The position numbers and the translations under genes are program-made. A stretch of 64,000 nt of DNA from Macrostomum lignano (lineage: Eukaryota), in the NCBI GenBank assembly GCA_002269645.1, contig NIVC01002342.1, forward strand, positions 1 to 64,000. The letters are read 5' to 3'. This document shows positions 11,347 to 22,235 of this stretch, in pieces; the stretch's first letter is position 1, and every line of letters begins with the position of its first letter. Below the pieces are notes generated by a model. That model searched no databases. It worked only from the letters and a program-made list of their open reading frames with translations, and was not told the DNA's origin.

Positions 11347-11562
11347 TCCATATACTAAAAATGGTCTGTCGGTAGGTAGGTATGCGATCGCAGACGACAA
11401 GTACCCATTTAGACTAAAGTTAGGGCACAGCATGCCTGCGGCATTATGATATTGGTGAAGCCTGAAACACGAGATTTCATTTTACTGCTGTTTACGAGCA
11501 TCGTGTGCAATTAATTCACTCCGAGTTGTGGCAGGCTTAGGAGATACAATAGAAATGTCTAG
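11347..11562 (+). mobile_element. Short Helitron-like non-autonomous element or 5' fragment
   Basis: A|TCCATATACTAAAAATGGTCTGTCGGTA matches the 5' end of the large elements at 26466 and 33748. A candidate CTAG|T end lies at 11559-11563, but no clear hairpin precedes it. Confidence 0.45.
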
Positions 11563-12800
11563 TCTTCTCTATACTAGTAGCTACGAGCTACTTCTATCTA
11601 GCCTAATTTATCTCTCAGAAAGCTGGGCGCTTTTATCTTTGCTTTGACATTCCAATTCAATGCTCCAGAGCCATTAAAATTGTGAGCCTCAGGCATTTGC
11701 AGTGGGCAGCAGGGAGCAGCATATGGTTGTATCTGCGGACGAGAGACCAAATGGATAATTCCATGCATTTGGCGGGTCTGCACAGTTGCACGTGCTGCAC
11801 TTAGCTGTCGTCCAGGCCTTACGTGTTGTTCGCTCTAAAGCGTGCCTTTTTTAAACAAAGTGTAGAAACAGTTATCATTTCTTAGAAACTCTAGTTTTAA
11901 AATTACGCGAAAATTATATGTTTGTTTTAATTTGCAAAATATTTTCGAGTTGGAAAATTTGTTATAAATATAAGCGATTTTTTGTATAAATAGGGGCAAA
12001 TTTTAGGGAAAAAAAGATAACTTGTTCGCAGCTTGCACTCGTTCGCTTGCTAACGAAGCTTCAAAGCTTATAAGCTTCAAAACGTGTTCACTAGAAATCG
12101 CTCTTAGATTCCTTAAATCATTTTACAGTAAGAGATTCCAAGAAGCATTCAGAGAAATTCGGGAGTATCTGCAAAGAGAGTATCTGTTTAGAGTAGACGC
12201 CGTGACCCTCTAATCTCGGTAACGCCCAGACTGGAGAATAGTACGTGTACCAGTAAGACCGCTCAGGCCAAGAGTACATAGACGCTACCAGACTTATACT
12301 TAGAACGCTACCAGAACGCTACCAGACTCACACGAAGAAAAGGTAGAACAATAGGGTTAATTAAATAGAAAGTTAGACCTGCAACAACTTTGGTGGCATT
12401 AGTAGAATTATTTATTAAGACAGAAGCAACCCCTGCGACAACTTTGGGGTATTACGAGCGTATTAAGAGGGAAGTAAGCCCTAGGACAAAAGTAACGAGG
12501 AATCACGGAAACACGGTGTTTTTTCAATGTCATCTATTGAAGTTTGCGCATAAGTCAAGTAGATAATCTGAAAATGATATTGAATCTACCGGGAATGACG
12601 TAATCAACCCCTCCTGAATTCAGCAGAAGAATAAGCAGTTATTTCTAACTACTGGCACCGCTGGTCGTTGCGCTTCTCATTTGCGACTGAAGGCTACTTG
12701 GTGCTGAGCTTAAATTCGGGCTTCTGCTGCCTTTGAACTTCTTTAAAATGAGAACTCAAAATTATCTGCTATGCCTGACACTGCATGACTGCATTGTCGC

Positions 12801-13901
12801 TTGGAGTGCCTGTCTTGTTGGAGTGCCTGTCTTGTTGGAGTGCCTGTCTTGTTGGAGTGGCTGTCTTGTTGGAGTGGCTGTCTTGTTGGAGTGCCTGTCT
12901 TGTTGGAGTGCCTGTCTTGTTGGAGTGGCTGTCTTGTTGGAGTGCCTGTCTTGTTGGAGTGCCTGTCTTGTTGGAGTGCCTGTCTTGTTGGAGTGCCTGT
13001 CTTGTTGGAGTGGCTGTCTTGTTGGAGTGCCTGTCTTGTTGGAGTGCCTGTCTTGTTGGAGTGCCTGTCTTGTTGGAGTGCCTGTCTTGTTGGAGTGCCT
13101 GTCTTGTTGGAGTGCCTGTCTTGTTGGAGTGCCTGTCTTGTTGGAGTGCCTGTCTTGTTGGAGTGCCTGTCTTGTTGGAGTGCCTGTCTTGTTGGAGTGC
13201 CTGTCTTGTTGGAGTGCCTGTCTTGTTGGAGTGCCTGTCTTGTTGGAGTGCCTGTCTTGTTGGAGTGCCTGTCTTGTTGGAGTGCCTGTCTTGTTGGAGT
13301 GCCTGTCTTGTTGGAGTGCCTGTCTTGTTGGAGTGCCTGTCTTGTTGGAGTGCCTGTCTTGTTGGAGTGCCTGTCTTGTTGGAGTGCCTGTCTTGTTGGA
13401 GTGGCTGACTTGTTGGAGTGCCTGTCTTGTTGGAGTGGCTGTCTTGTTGGAGTGCCTGTCTTGTTGGAGTGCCTGTCTTGTTGGAGTGCCTGTCTTGTTG
13501 GAGTGCCTGTCTTGTTGGAGTGCCTGTCTTGTTGGAGTGCCTGTCTTGTTGGAGTGCCTGTCTTGTTGGAGTGCCTGTCTTGTTGGAGTGCCTGTCTTGT
13601 TGGAGTGCCTGTCTTGTTGGAGTGCCTGTCTTGTTGGAGTGCCTGTCTTGTTGGAGTGCCTGTCTTGTTGGAGTGCCTGTCTTGTTGGAGTGCCTGTCTT
13701 GTTGGAGTGCCTGTCTTGTTGGAGTGCCTGTCTTGTTGGAGTGCCTGTCTTGTTGGAGTGCCTGTCTTGTTGGAGTGCCTGTCTTGTTGGAGTGCCTGTC
13801 TTGTTGGAGTGCCTGTCTTGTTGGAGTGCCTGTCTTGTTGGAGTGCCTGTCTTGTTGGAGTGCCTGTCTTGTTGGAGTGCCTGTCTTGTTGGAGTGCCTG
13901 T
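12801..13901. repeat. 17-bp tandem satellite (TTGGAGTGCCTGTCTTG)n, about 65 copies
   Basis: Seen directly; it produces 17-aa periodic ORFs in several frames. Confidence 0.97.
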
Positions 13902-14571
13902 TTGTTTCGAATAGGCCAATTTTTTACTTTATGCTTATAATTTTGTAACTGTTGCAGTTTCTATTGCTCTCCTGATTTATTTGATAGCTAGCAATATTTT
14001 TACACAGTTAAAGCGTAACGGGTACATTTTCAAGTATTCTGAAAATTCAAGATTTAGTTGGCATGTCATGCGGTTTCTCAACTGACAAAGCATAGTAAAA
14101 TTTAAATATAAAGGACTGAATCTTCACATCCACACATGTGTTTCCTCACACTTCTGCTCATAGAAGTTCACGCTGATGAGCTGGTGGATTCGCCACTGCA
14201 AGTTTGTCGCTCGTGGGTAAGCGCCAACTTGTTCATGACTGAAGCCAGCAGCTGTTGGTCTTCACCACGCCGCAAATATTGTGCTAGCGAATATTTGTAA
14301 GCCAAAATGGCTAATATTGTACAACAGAAAACCAGCCAGGGACCACTGCCACTGCTGTCAATCTAAAAGCAAAGCACGAAGTACGAGCTATGCTTCAGAA
14401 AATTTGCAGAAGTATCTCGAAACTGTCTCCGAATACATGGAAACAACTACGTTCACGGTTCAGTATATTTTATTATCGAACCGAAATTTAATTCGCAATG
14501 TTGGTACCCAATTAGATTATGTTCTTTTCAATAATTCATAAACGTGCACTCAATTTTCAAGGCAGTTTCCT

Positions 14572-16070
14572 TCAAAACTTTGAGAAGAATTCCGTCACCA
14601 TGTTCATAACCTTCTCAAAAAACATCAGACCAACGTGCGTGAACCAGGAGAAGTCGGACCCCAGACTGGACATTTTCAAAATGAACGGCAGATAGTCAGT
14701 CGACCCATTGTTGGGCTGCGGCCGGATCTGCAGCAGGTGGCACATCAGACCGTAGATGTCCACCTGGCGGAAACTTTTTCGTCTGTTGCCGTCAATAAGG
14801 AAATTGTGATGGAAACTGGGCCCAACGGCGAACATCGGCACCCGCATGTCGCTGTAGCTGTTGTCGAAGCCGTGGTGACCGGCACTTACTGGCTTGGTAT
14901 CCTTGCTGGTCAGCACCAGGTATCCCTGGTCGGGCAGCACGAGCACCTCTGGCGTCCTGCGGTTTTTGGCGTAGTGGAATCGCTCCGGCAGACTGTCCTT
15001 GTCGAACACGCGCATGGACAGGTTGCGCTGGCGCACCTGGTTGTTGAGGTACTCCACCAGCTGCTTCCGCTTACCCGGCTTGGCATTCATGGCCAGCAGC
15101 GGTCCGCTGTCCAGGACTCGGTCTACGAGCTCGTCCATGCTGCTGTCCAGGTGGATCACCTTGTCAGGTGTCATGCCCATCATGCCTGAAATGTTTTAAA
15201 ACGCACGACGCACGATAAAGCCTGATCATATTTTTTAGATTCGAAAAATATATTTTTATCGGTGTCTAAATTACCTACGAATATGACCAATGGTTTTCTA
15301 AAGATGGTTTCTGTCCAGAAAAAAAGATGGCTCTCACCGTGGTCAGACACGATCAGGACGTTGACTTTATTGGAGAATTTCTTCGCTTTGAGACCTTCGA
15401 ATAGCGAGCGGATAGTGTCGTCAACTTTCTTTAGGGCCTCTCGGACCTGCTTTGACTTTGGACCGAACTTATGACCAGAGCTGTCGGGCTCATTTAGGTA
15501 CATTGTGGCCATCTGCACGTCCTTCTCGGTGATCCACTCCAGCACGGTGCTCACCCGGGTCTCAAAGCTCACACTTCCGCTGTAGTTGAACCAGTAGTCC
15601 TGACGAACGCCCTTGAACGAGACCTCGCTGCCGGGCCAGAAGAACGTGGCCGACTTCAGTCCCTGCTTCTTCGCGTTGATCCAGATCGGCTCGGATGCGT
15701 TCCACCAGCGCTCATCTCGAGTGCCCTTGTTGAAGGAGGCGTTGAACAGCGGGTCGTACATGCTGTTGCCGACGATGCCGTGGCTCTCCTGGTAGAGTCC
15801 CGTGGCGATGGTCCAGTGGTTGGGGAAGGTCTTTGTGGCAAAGGCCGGCTTCATGGACTTGACGTGCACGCCCTGCTTGATGAGCGACCTCAGGAACTGC
15901 GTCTCGTTGGGGTACCAGTTGAGGTAGTCGTAGCGGAAGCCGTCGCAGGAGACCAGGACCAGCGGGTATCGGGCTGGGCTGGCCGCCGATGCGCAGGCAG
16001 CGGCGCAGAGCAGAGCGAGAGCGGCGAGGCCAATCGACTGCATTTCGAATTTGCCAGAGCAGAACACCAT
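14572..16070 (-). CDS. Ectonucleotide pyrophosphatase/phosphodiesterase (ENPP4/5-like), 2 exons (16070-15338, 15185-14572), about 448 aa, signal peptide
   Basis: Motifs VSCDGFRYDYL, TKTFPNHWTIATGLYQESHGIVGN (catalytic Thr), FFWPGSE, YLNEPDSSGH, SDHG (split by a phase-1 intron), GHHGFDN, DMRVPMFAVGPSF. Hydrophobic N-terminus from MQSIGLAALALL. Confidence 0.93.
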
Positions 16071-18577
16071 GGCTTTGAAATTATGCGTAGGTGAGTATTA
16101 TATAGCGATTCTCAAGCGAGTCGGCTTCCATGAAGCCATGCTGTAGCCATATCATTTTTTGCTTGATTGCGAATTTGCGCAGCGCTTCTTCGATTCGACT
16201 GAAGGCAAAATGCGCATACAGCTATTCCTGTCAAGAATTTTTTGCATTTGGGGATCTTTTCTACACAAATAATGTCTTGTGGAATGTGTTGAGCCTCATA
16301 AAAATTTGTGGCATGAGCTCTATTCGTCAGTCCATGAGTTGCAAAATTTTCGATTTCCTATGGATACTAGACTCTTGGCGCTCATACCCCTTTGCAAATT
16401 CATTATGGGACAGAATTCATGCTCTGCTGTTTACTTTTTTCTGCTTTTTGGAACGCGCCTTACGAGTATCTTCCTTGAATTGCACATTTAAACGACTTGT
16501 CTTTCGTCTGAGGAGCGAATTTAGCTGCGTGGTTGAATATTAAATGCTGCTTGACGTGTTTCTCTTCATTTTGGTCTGGTACATAAGCGTTGAAAAAAAA
16601 CAGGCTAATAGAACTACAGGCAGTTAAGATGTCTTCATTTTGACAGCCGTGGCAAATGTTTTTGGTAGATTTTGCACTTGCAGCACAAAAAAGCACCAAG
16701 CCAAACTGATTTCTTGGAGATGATTTTCAAACCAAAAACTCGTAGACTAGTCGTACCCGATAGCATTTTTCGTATTGCTGTTGACCTTGTCTTTCGAAAG
16801 CTATCAATATTAAGCCAAGGCCATGCAAACAAGGCTATAGGAGTCAACTAGCTCGTAGTCTATTGGTTGGAACAGAGCATGATGGCCGTTTTTCTGCTGT
16901 AATTGATCAATCAATAGCGCTCGCTCGATTTAGTCTGGCTACAAAATTCGGCGCTTATCTTAATCTATTTTGGTTCTCAACTAGCAAACTCATTCGTTAT
17001 AGAAACTTGATTCGCCCTCTCTGACTTTGCTGAGTCTCCTCTTCGATCGATCGAGATTTCAACTGTCCATGTGCCACTTTTCTGCTGTAGTCTCTGACAC
17101 AACAGACGAGATCGTCTGGAAAGACACATGGCTGACTGAACCGTGACAGTAAAATGGTAGTTTAAAACCTGTTTAAAAGCGGGTTAATTTTTTTGACAGA
17201 TCAGTTCCTCTTATATGACACATGTACTGTACATTTGTTTTACCAAGAATGCCAAGAATTACCATTTAGGCTCTACACTTTTTACTGCGAATACAGGTGT
17301 TGTACAGGTGTTGTACATGTCTTCTTCTAATGCACACGAGAGGTTTTTTCAGAAGTTCTGACTTTTGCGCACGATTTACGAGTTCGATCTAATTTTTATG
17401 TGTCGGACCAAGTGCTTTACTCGTATTAAATAGAACCCGGCTCCCTCAGCCCGAGCGTCACGCCCTTAAGAACAGTTTCCAGCGGGCCAAGCCAACTAAT
17501 GGAGTTGACACACCCATACCAACCAGCCCGGCTGCTACCAGATCCTAAAGGGCGGCTGAAGCGGCCTGCGGTGAACTCGGGCCATTCAGCTCAACGGCCT
17601 TCTAAGCCCTTGATCAAGGCTTGTCAGGCGGTAGCATAAAAATCAATCACGTAATGCTCAGGCAGCTCCAACTCCTGTCAGATAGTCACCCCAGCTTTAA
17701 GGTTGCATACGAGAAGATTATGGTTACATAGGTTGCATATAGATCGCGAGGAGCAAGGACCACTAGTGAAACAGCTTAGGACGTAAAACTCAAGGATCGT
17801 GTATTTTAAAGAGGCAAACTTCCCGGAAAAGAAATACACTGCGGCGGAGATAGAAAAACTTTTTAAAACATAGTCTATGATTTAATTTGATCTGGGACAG
17901 TAGAGATTTCAATTCTTTAAATTTAAGGCCCTAGGCCTAGCAAGCTCAACATATTACTCTCTATTGTATTTTAGATAGTTGTATAGTGAAAGTTTTATTA
18001 ACTTCATGTTTTTTTATTCCATAAAACCCAAGCCAAAGTTGTAGTCACGCCCTTAAGTCACGCCCTTTGTCTACAATTGTAGACAAACAATTGGCACAAA
18101 AAATTTTTGTTTCGTTCCTTTTTTAATTGAATCAAGTATATTTGTAATAAATTTGTTGCATGCAGGTACTCTTAGCCTTAAGCAAAACCTTGGCTTTAAA
18201 CTGAATAGCTTTCTAAAGACTATAAAAACAAGGGGTGCTGACCAGTTCGGCGACAAACTAATTCGGCGACAGAGATTCACAATGGACTAATTCGGCGAAA
18301 GCAAATTCGGCGACAATCTAGGCAAATTCGGCAACAATTGCGTATGATTTGAATAATTCTTTTTGTAGAATGGTATTCTATAATGCAGGTTAACTTTCCC
18401 TTTTTAACTAAGTTTGTTTTATCTATCATGTATTCTTATAGTGAGTTTTAAGTCCTTTCCAAGAAGTGTTCCGCGTTAATTTCAGGCTTGAGGCCTTGAG
18501 CGGCCGATCGTAAACAAAAACCTTTGGGACTTGGAAAAAACGAGAAAAATTATTTTAAACAAGTAGGCCCCTACTGG

Positions 18578-18762
18578 CAGGGGCATAGGGAGGGGGGATG
18601 TATGTATCCCCCTGAAGAGCCTGACCAAAACTTTTTTGTTGCCCTTTGTTGCTATACATGCTACCATGTGACTCTGTCACAGCACTTTTACCTTGGTGTA
18701 TCCCCCGTAGAAAATTCACCTTGGTATACCCCCCGTGGGAAATTCCTGGCCATGCCCCCCTG
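18578..18762. mobile_element. hAT-type MITE, 185 bp, with 8-bp target-site duplication
   Basis: CCTACTGG occurs at 18570-18577 and 18763-18770, flanking imperfect TIRs CAGGGGCATAGGGAGG ... CCTGGCCATGCCCCCCTG. An 8-bp TSD with CAG termini is typical of hAT. Confidence 0.8.
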
Positions 18763-19943
18763 CCTACTGGCCTACCTAGGCCTATTATAAAAATGAAATT
18801 GGTAGGCTAGGCTTAGCTTAACCATTGTCTACATCTAAGTTATTTAGACTTAGGCATGTCTAAGAATAGCTAATAATATGCATTTAAATACTTGATTCAT
18901 AAAATAACAAAATAAATTGGTTGCTTAATAAAGTGTTTTAACAGGTCAAGCATAGGCCATAGATTAGGCCTAATAGAAATTGGATAAATAAATAAGTTGT
19001 GATACCAAGTATTTGTAAAAAACAACTTTTTGGCATTACAAAACTAGCCTATAAAAATTAAATAAAAAAATTGTTCTTTCTTTGCATCTTTGGTCATTGA
19101 CATTGCCATTAATGTTAACAATGAATTTGTTATTAATTCACAAAATTATTAATGCTAATTTGTTAATCTGTTAGTTCAAAAAATCTTAATTAATGGTAGT
19201 CTATTATTAATAGTATTAATATTAATGAAAAATCTTAACACTTATTAACACTTATTAATGGACTGGTGCCTAACACTGCAAGTAGGCCTAGTCATTGGTA
19301 GTTGACTTAGACTACCTAATTCTCTCTGATTAGGTAATACCTTACTCTTATATTATTTTGCTTTTTCTCATATTTAAGTAATTGTGCTACTTTGTATTTT
19401 TATCTTGGCCTTGCCCAATATTGTATAAGCTAGGCCTATCAAACTAATAGATCCAATTATGCCAAAATTTTGCATAGCCAAGCTACTACTTCTATAATTG
19501 CCTATTGGCATAGTAGCTATGGCTGATTTCCATTTCCAAAAAAAATTATCTATCATTAAAATTATACTAAAGCATAAGGCAAATATACTATTAGCAATTA
19601 GAGTATGCATTTCTATAATTTTTATGCACAGATTTTTATTAGAGCATAGGCCTAGTTTTTATATGCTAATATTCAGAAATTGTGTCACAATTGGGAAAAA
19701 CAGTTGTCAATCACTTTGCCAATAGTGTAGACTTTGTTATGCATATTGCTCAATAGTCTATTGAATAGAAATGGCTATGCAAGTCTAATTAGTGGTACCT
19801 ATACCACCATAATATACTCTAGTGATATGAATTTGGGCTATAAAATTTTATAGAGTTAATGTTTTCCAACTTCTTTTGTAAACACCAATAAATGCTAAAA
19901 TATACTAGTAATATTCAATTAATATTTTAGGACATACTGAGCA

Positions 19944-21251
19944 ATGCCTCAGCCATTGCAGCAGCATACAGACCAAAACTGTGCCACAGCACTCTCACAG
20001 CCAGGCTTGTGGTTTTCTAAACCTACTGTTAATCCACTGAAATCTGATCTGAAGCTGCCCCCATGCACTAGTGAGCTGCAGCTCACTGCCAGCAAGTCCA
20101 CTGAAGCCAAATCCAACAGTGCACCAACAGCCTCCTGCCACTGCTTCTTGGCTGAGATTTGCCAGCTGCACCCCAATTCTGTCTTCGACTGCAAGGATTT
20201 GGCCTTGTGAGCATATTGAAGTGGCACAAGAGAGTAGATAGAGAGATTGTGATGGAAGGAGAGAGTAGATGGAGAGATGGTGATGGGAGGAGAAAGTAGA
20301 TGGAGAGATTGTGATGAGAGGGAGAGAGAGAGTAGATGGAGAGATTGTGATGGGAGGGAGAGAGAGTAGATGGAGAGATTGTGATGGAAGGAGAGAGTAG
20401 ATGGAGAGATTGTGATGGGGGGAGAGAGTAGATGGAGAGATTGTGATGGGAGGAGAGAGTAGATGGAGAGATGGTGATGGGAGGGGAGAGTAGATGGAGA
20501 GATGGTGATGGGAGGGAGAGAGAGTAGATGGAGAGATTGTGATGGGAGGAGAGAGTAGATGGAGAGATTGTGATGGGAGGGAGAGAGAGAGTAGATGGAG
20601 AGATTGTGATGGGAGGAGAGAGTAGATGGAGAGATGGTGATGGGAGGGAGAGAGAGAGTAGATGGAGAGATTGTGATGGGAGGGAGAGAGAGAGTAGATA
20701 GAGAGGGACGGGAAGAGAGAGTAGATGGAGACATGGTGATGGGAGGGGAGTCATAGGGTGGTTGCCATCACGCCAACACCCGCCCCGCCGCCCGCAGGCG
20801 CTCGGTGACTGTAGAGCTGGACGTGTCGCCCCGCTCCTGCAGGCAGGAGGCGTGGCAGCTGATAAACTCAGAGGTGGCCGCTGGCTGCACCCTCGCGTCC
20901 ATCAACGCCAGCCGACTGTCCAGCGGCCGAGTGCTGGTCAGGCCGGAGCTGTCCGCCGTGCTGCCGCTGACGCTGAGTCACGTGACCCGCCTGTCCGACA
21001 TTATCGCCGGATGCTCGGTGCGGCTGTGCTGGCAGTGCCGCCACCGCAGGCGGGGAGGCCCCCTGCTGCGCTGCGCCCGCTGCCGCTACGCCCGGTACTG
21101 CGGGCCCGCCTGCCAGGCCGAGGACTGGCGCCGCCACCGTTTGGAGTGCGGCTCGGCCGTGCGCACCGTGGCCAGGCTGGTCTGCTTCAACTATGCCGGG
21201 CCTGAGCCGCCCTTCAACCCCTTCTATGCCTTTGTGTCTGACCTTGCCTGA
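19944..21251 (+). CDS. MYND zinc-finger protein, 2 exons (19944-20206, 20798-21251), 238 aa
   Basis: CWQC...CARCRYARYCGPACQAEDWRRHRLEC is a canonical MYND finger. Phase-2 donor TT|GTGAGC joins phase-2 acceptor CCCGCAG|G in frame (KDLAL-RSVTVELD). An in-frame TGA sits just upstream of the ATG. Confidence 0.75.
20230..20750. repeat. GA-rich ~30-35 bp minisatellite filling the MYND gene intron
   Basis: GAGAGTAGATGGAGAGATTGTGATGGGAG(GGA)n units. Confidence 0.92.
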
Positions 21252-21660
21252 CTCTCCCTGCCGCCTGACTCTCCCTGCCGTCTGACTCTCCCTGCCGCCT
21301 GACTCTCCCTGCCGTCTGACTCTCCCTGCCGCCTGACCTGACTCTCCCTGCCGCCTGACTCTCCCTGCCGCCTGACCTGACTCTCCCTGCCGTCTGACTC
21401 TCCCTGCCGCCTGACTCCCTGTCGTCTGGCTCCCTGTCGTCTGACTCTGCCGCCTGACTCTCCCTGCCACCCGACTCTCCCTGCCGCCTGACTCTCCCTG
21501 CCACCCGACTCTCCCTGCCACCCGACTCTCCCTGCCACCCGACTCTCCATGCCACCCGACTCTCCCTGCCACCCGACTCTCCCTGCCACCTGACTCCCTG
21601 CCACCCGACTCTCCCTGCCACCTGACTCTCCCTGCCACCCGACTCTCCCTGCCACTTGAC
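21248..21660. repeat. 17-bp minisatellite (CTGACTCTCCCTGCCGC)n beginning at the MYND stop codon
   Basis: Seen directly; explains ORFs 20868-21725, 21214-21621 and 21224-21664. Confidence 0.92.
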
Positions 21661-22039
21661 TCACTGTTTTCCTTCCTGAGTTGCTGACTCCACCTTAATT
21701 GCGTTATGCACTCGCCGCCATTCATTGCATCTCCCTGTCTGCAGTAAGTTGCAGTATGTGTAAAATATGAGTACTATGTTCGTTTTTCGCACCTGTGATC
21801 CCATTGTTGATTTGTTTTTAAAATTCAGCTTTATCTAGTTGTACATAAAAACTGATCCAGGTGTACACTGCCTCATCGATCAATCAGTCATGTGGTTGTG
21901 CACGATGCTTTCATAAACAATAAAATTGATAAATAGGCAGTTTATTTCAATCTATAATTAGCTGGCTTAAAGTGGCCAGTAAACTCTTTTTCCCCATGAT
22001 CAGGCACTCATTCCGTGTTGGTAATTCGCTTGCTAATCA

Positions 22040-22090
22040 GCCAATATCCAGTCGCATCTGTTGATAGCAGCCAGCCAGCCAATGAGAGGC
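22040..22090 (+). promoter_or_regulatory. Two CCAAT boxes upstream of the Rieske gene
   Basis: CAGCCAAT at about 22038-22045 and 22076-22083, roughly 150-200 nt before the ATG. Confidence 0.3.
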
Positions 22091-22235
22091 ATTCGTTGCG
22101 GCACTAGTCAAGTCTTAAATGTTCTCCTGTGTGGGCAGCTGAAGACGACTATTTGTGACCCGTCAGTCACTCATTTGCGCCTTTATTATTGAGTTAAATT
22201 GTGATTCAGCGCTGGCTCAGAATCCTTCCCGCCGC

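Noticed and set aside
12733-13948. Five 176-393 aa ORFs
   Set aside because: All are translations of a 17-bp tandem repeat, with no unique coding sequence or splice context.
16130-16847. Short ORFs upstream of ENPP
   Set aside because: AT-rich, no recognisable motifs and no coherent splice model.
17450-18070. Direct repeats GTCACGCCCTTAAG as element ends
   Set aside because: Too short and no other supporting structure.
18235-18345. Cluster of TTCGGCGA(C/A) repeats resembling a transposon subterminal region
   Set aside because: No matching inverted end or TSD could be found in the window.
19949-21725. Minus-strand Ser/Leu/Pro-rich and Gly/Arg-rich ORFs
   Set aside because: Derived from the GA-rich and 17-bp repeats; the real gene is on the plus strand.
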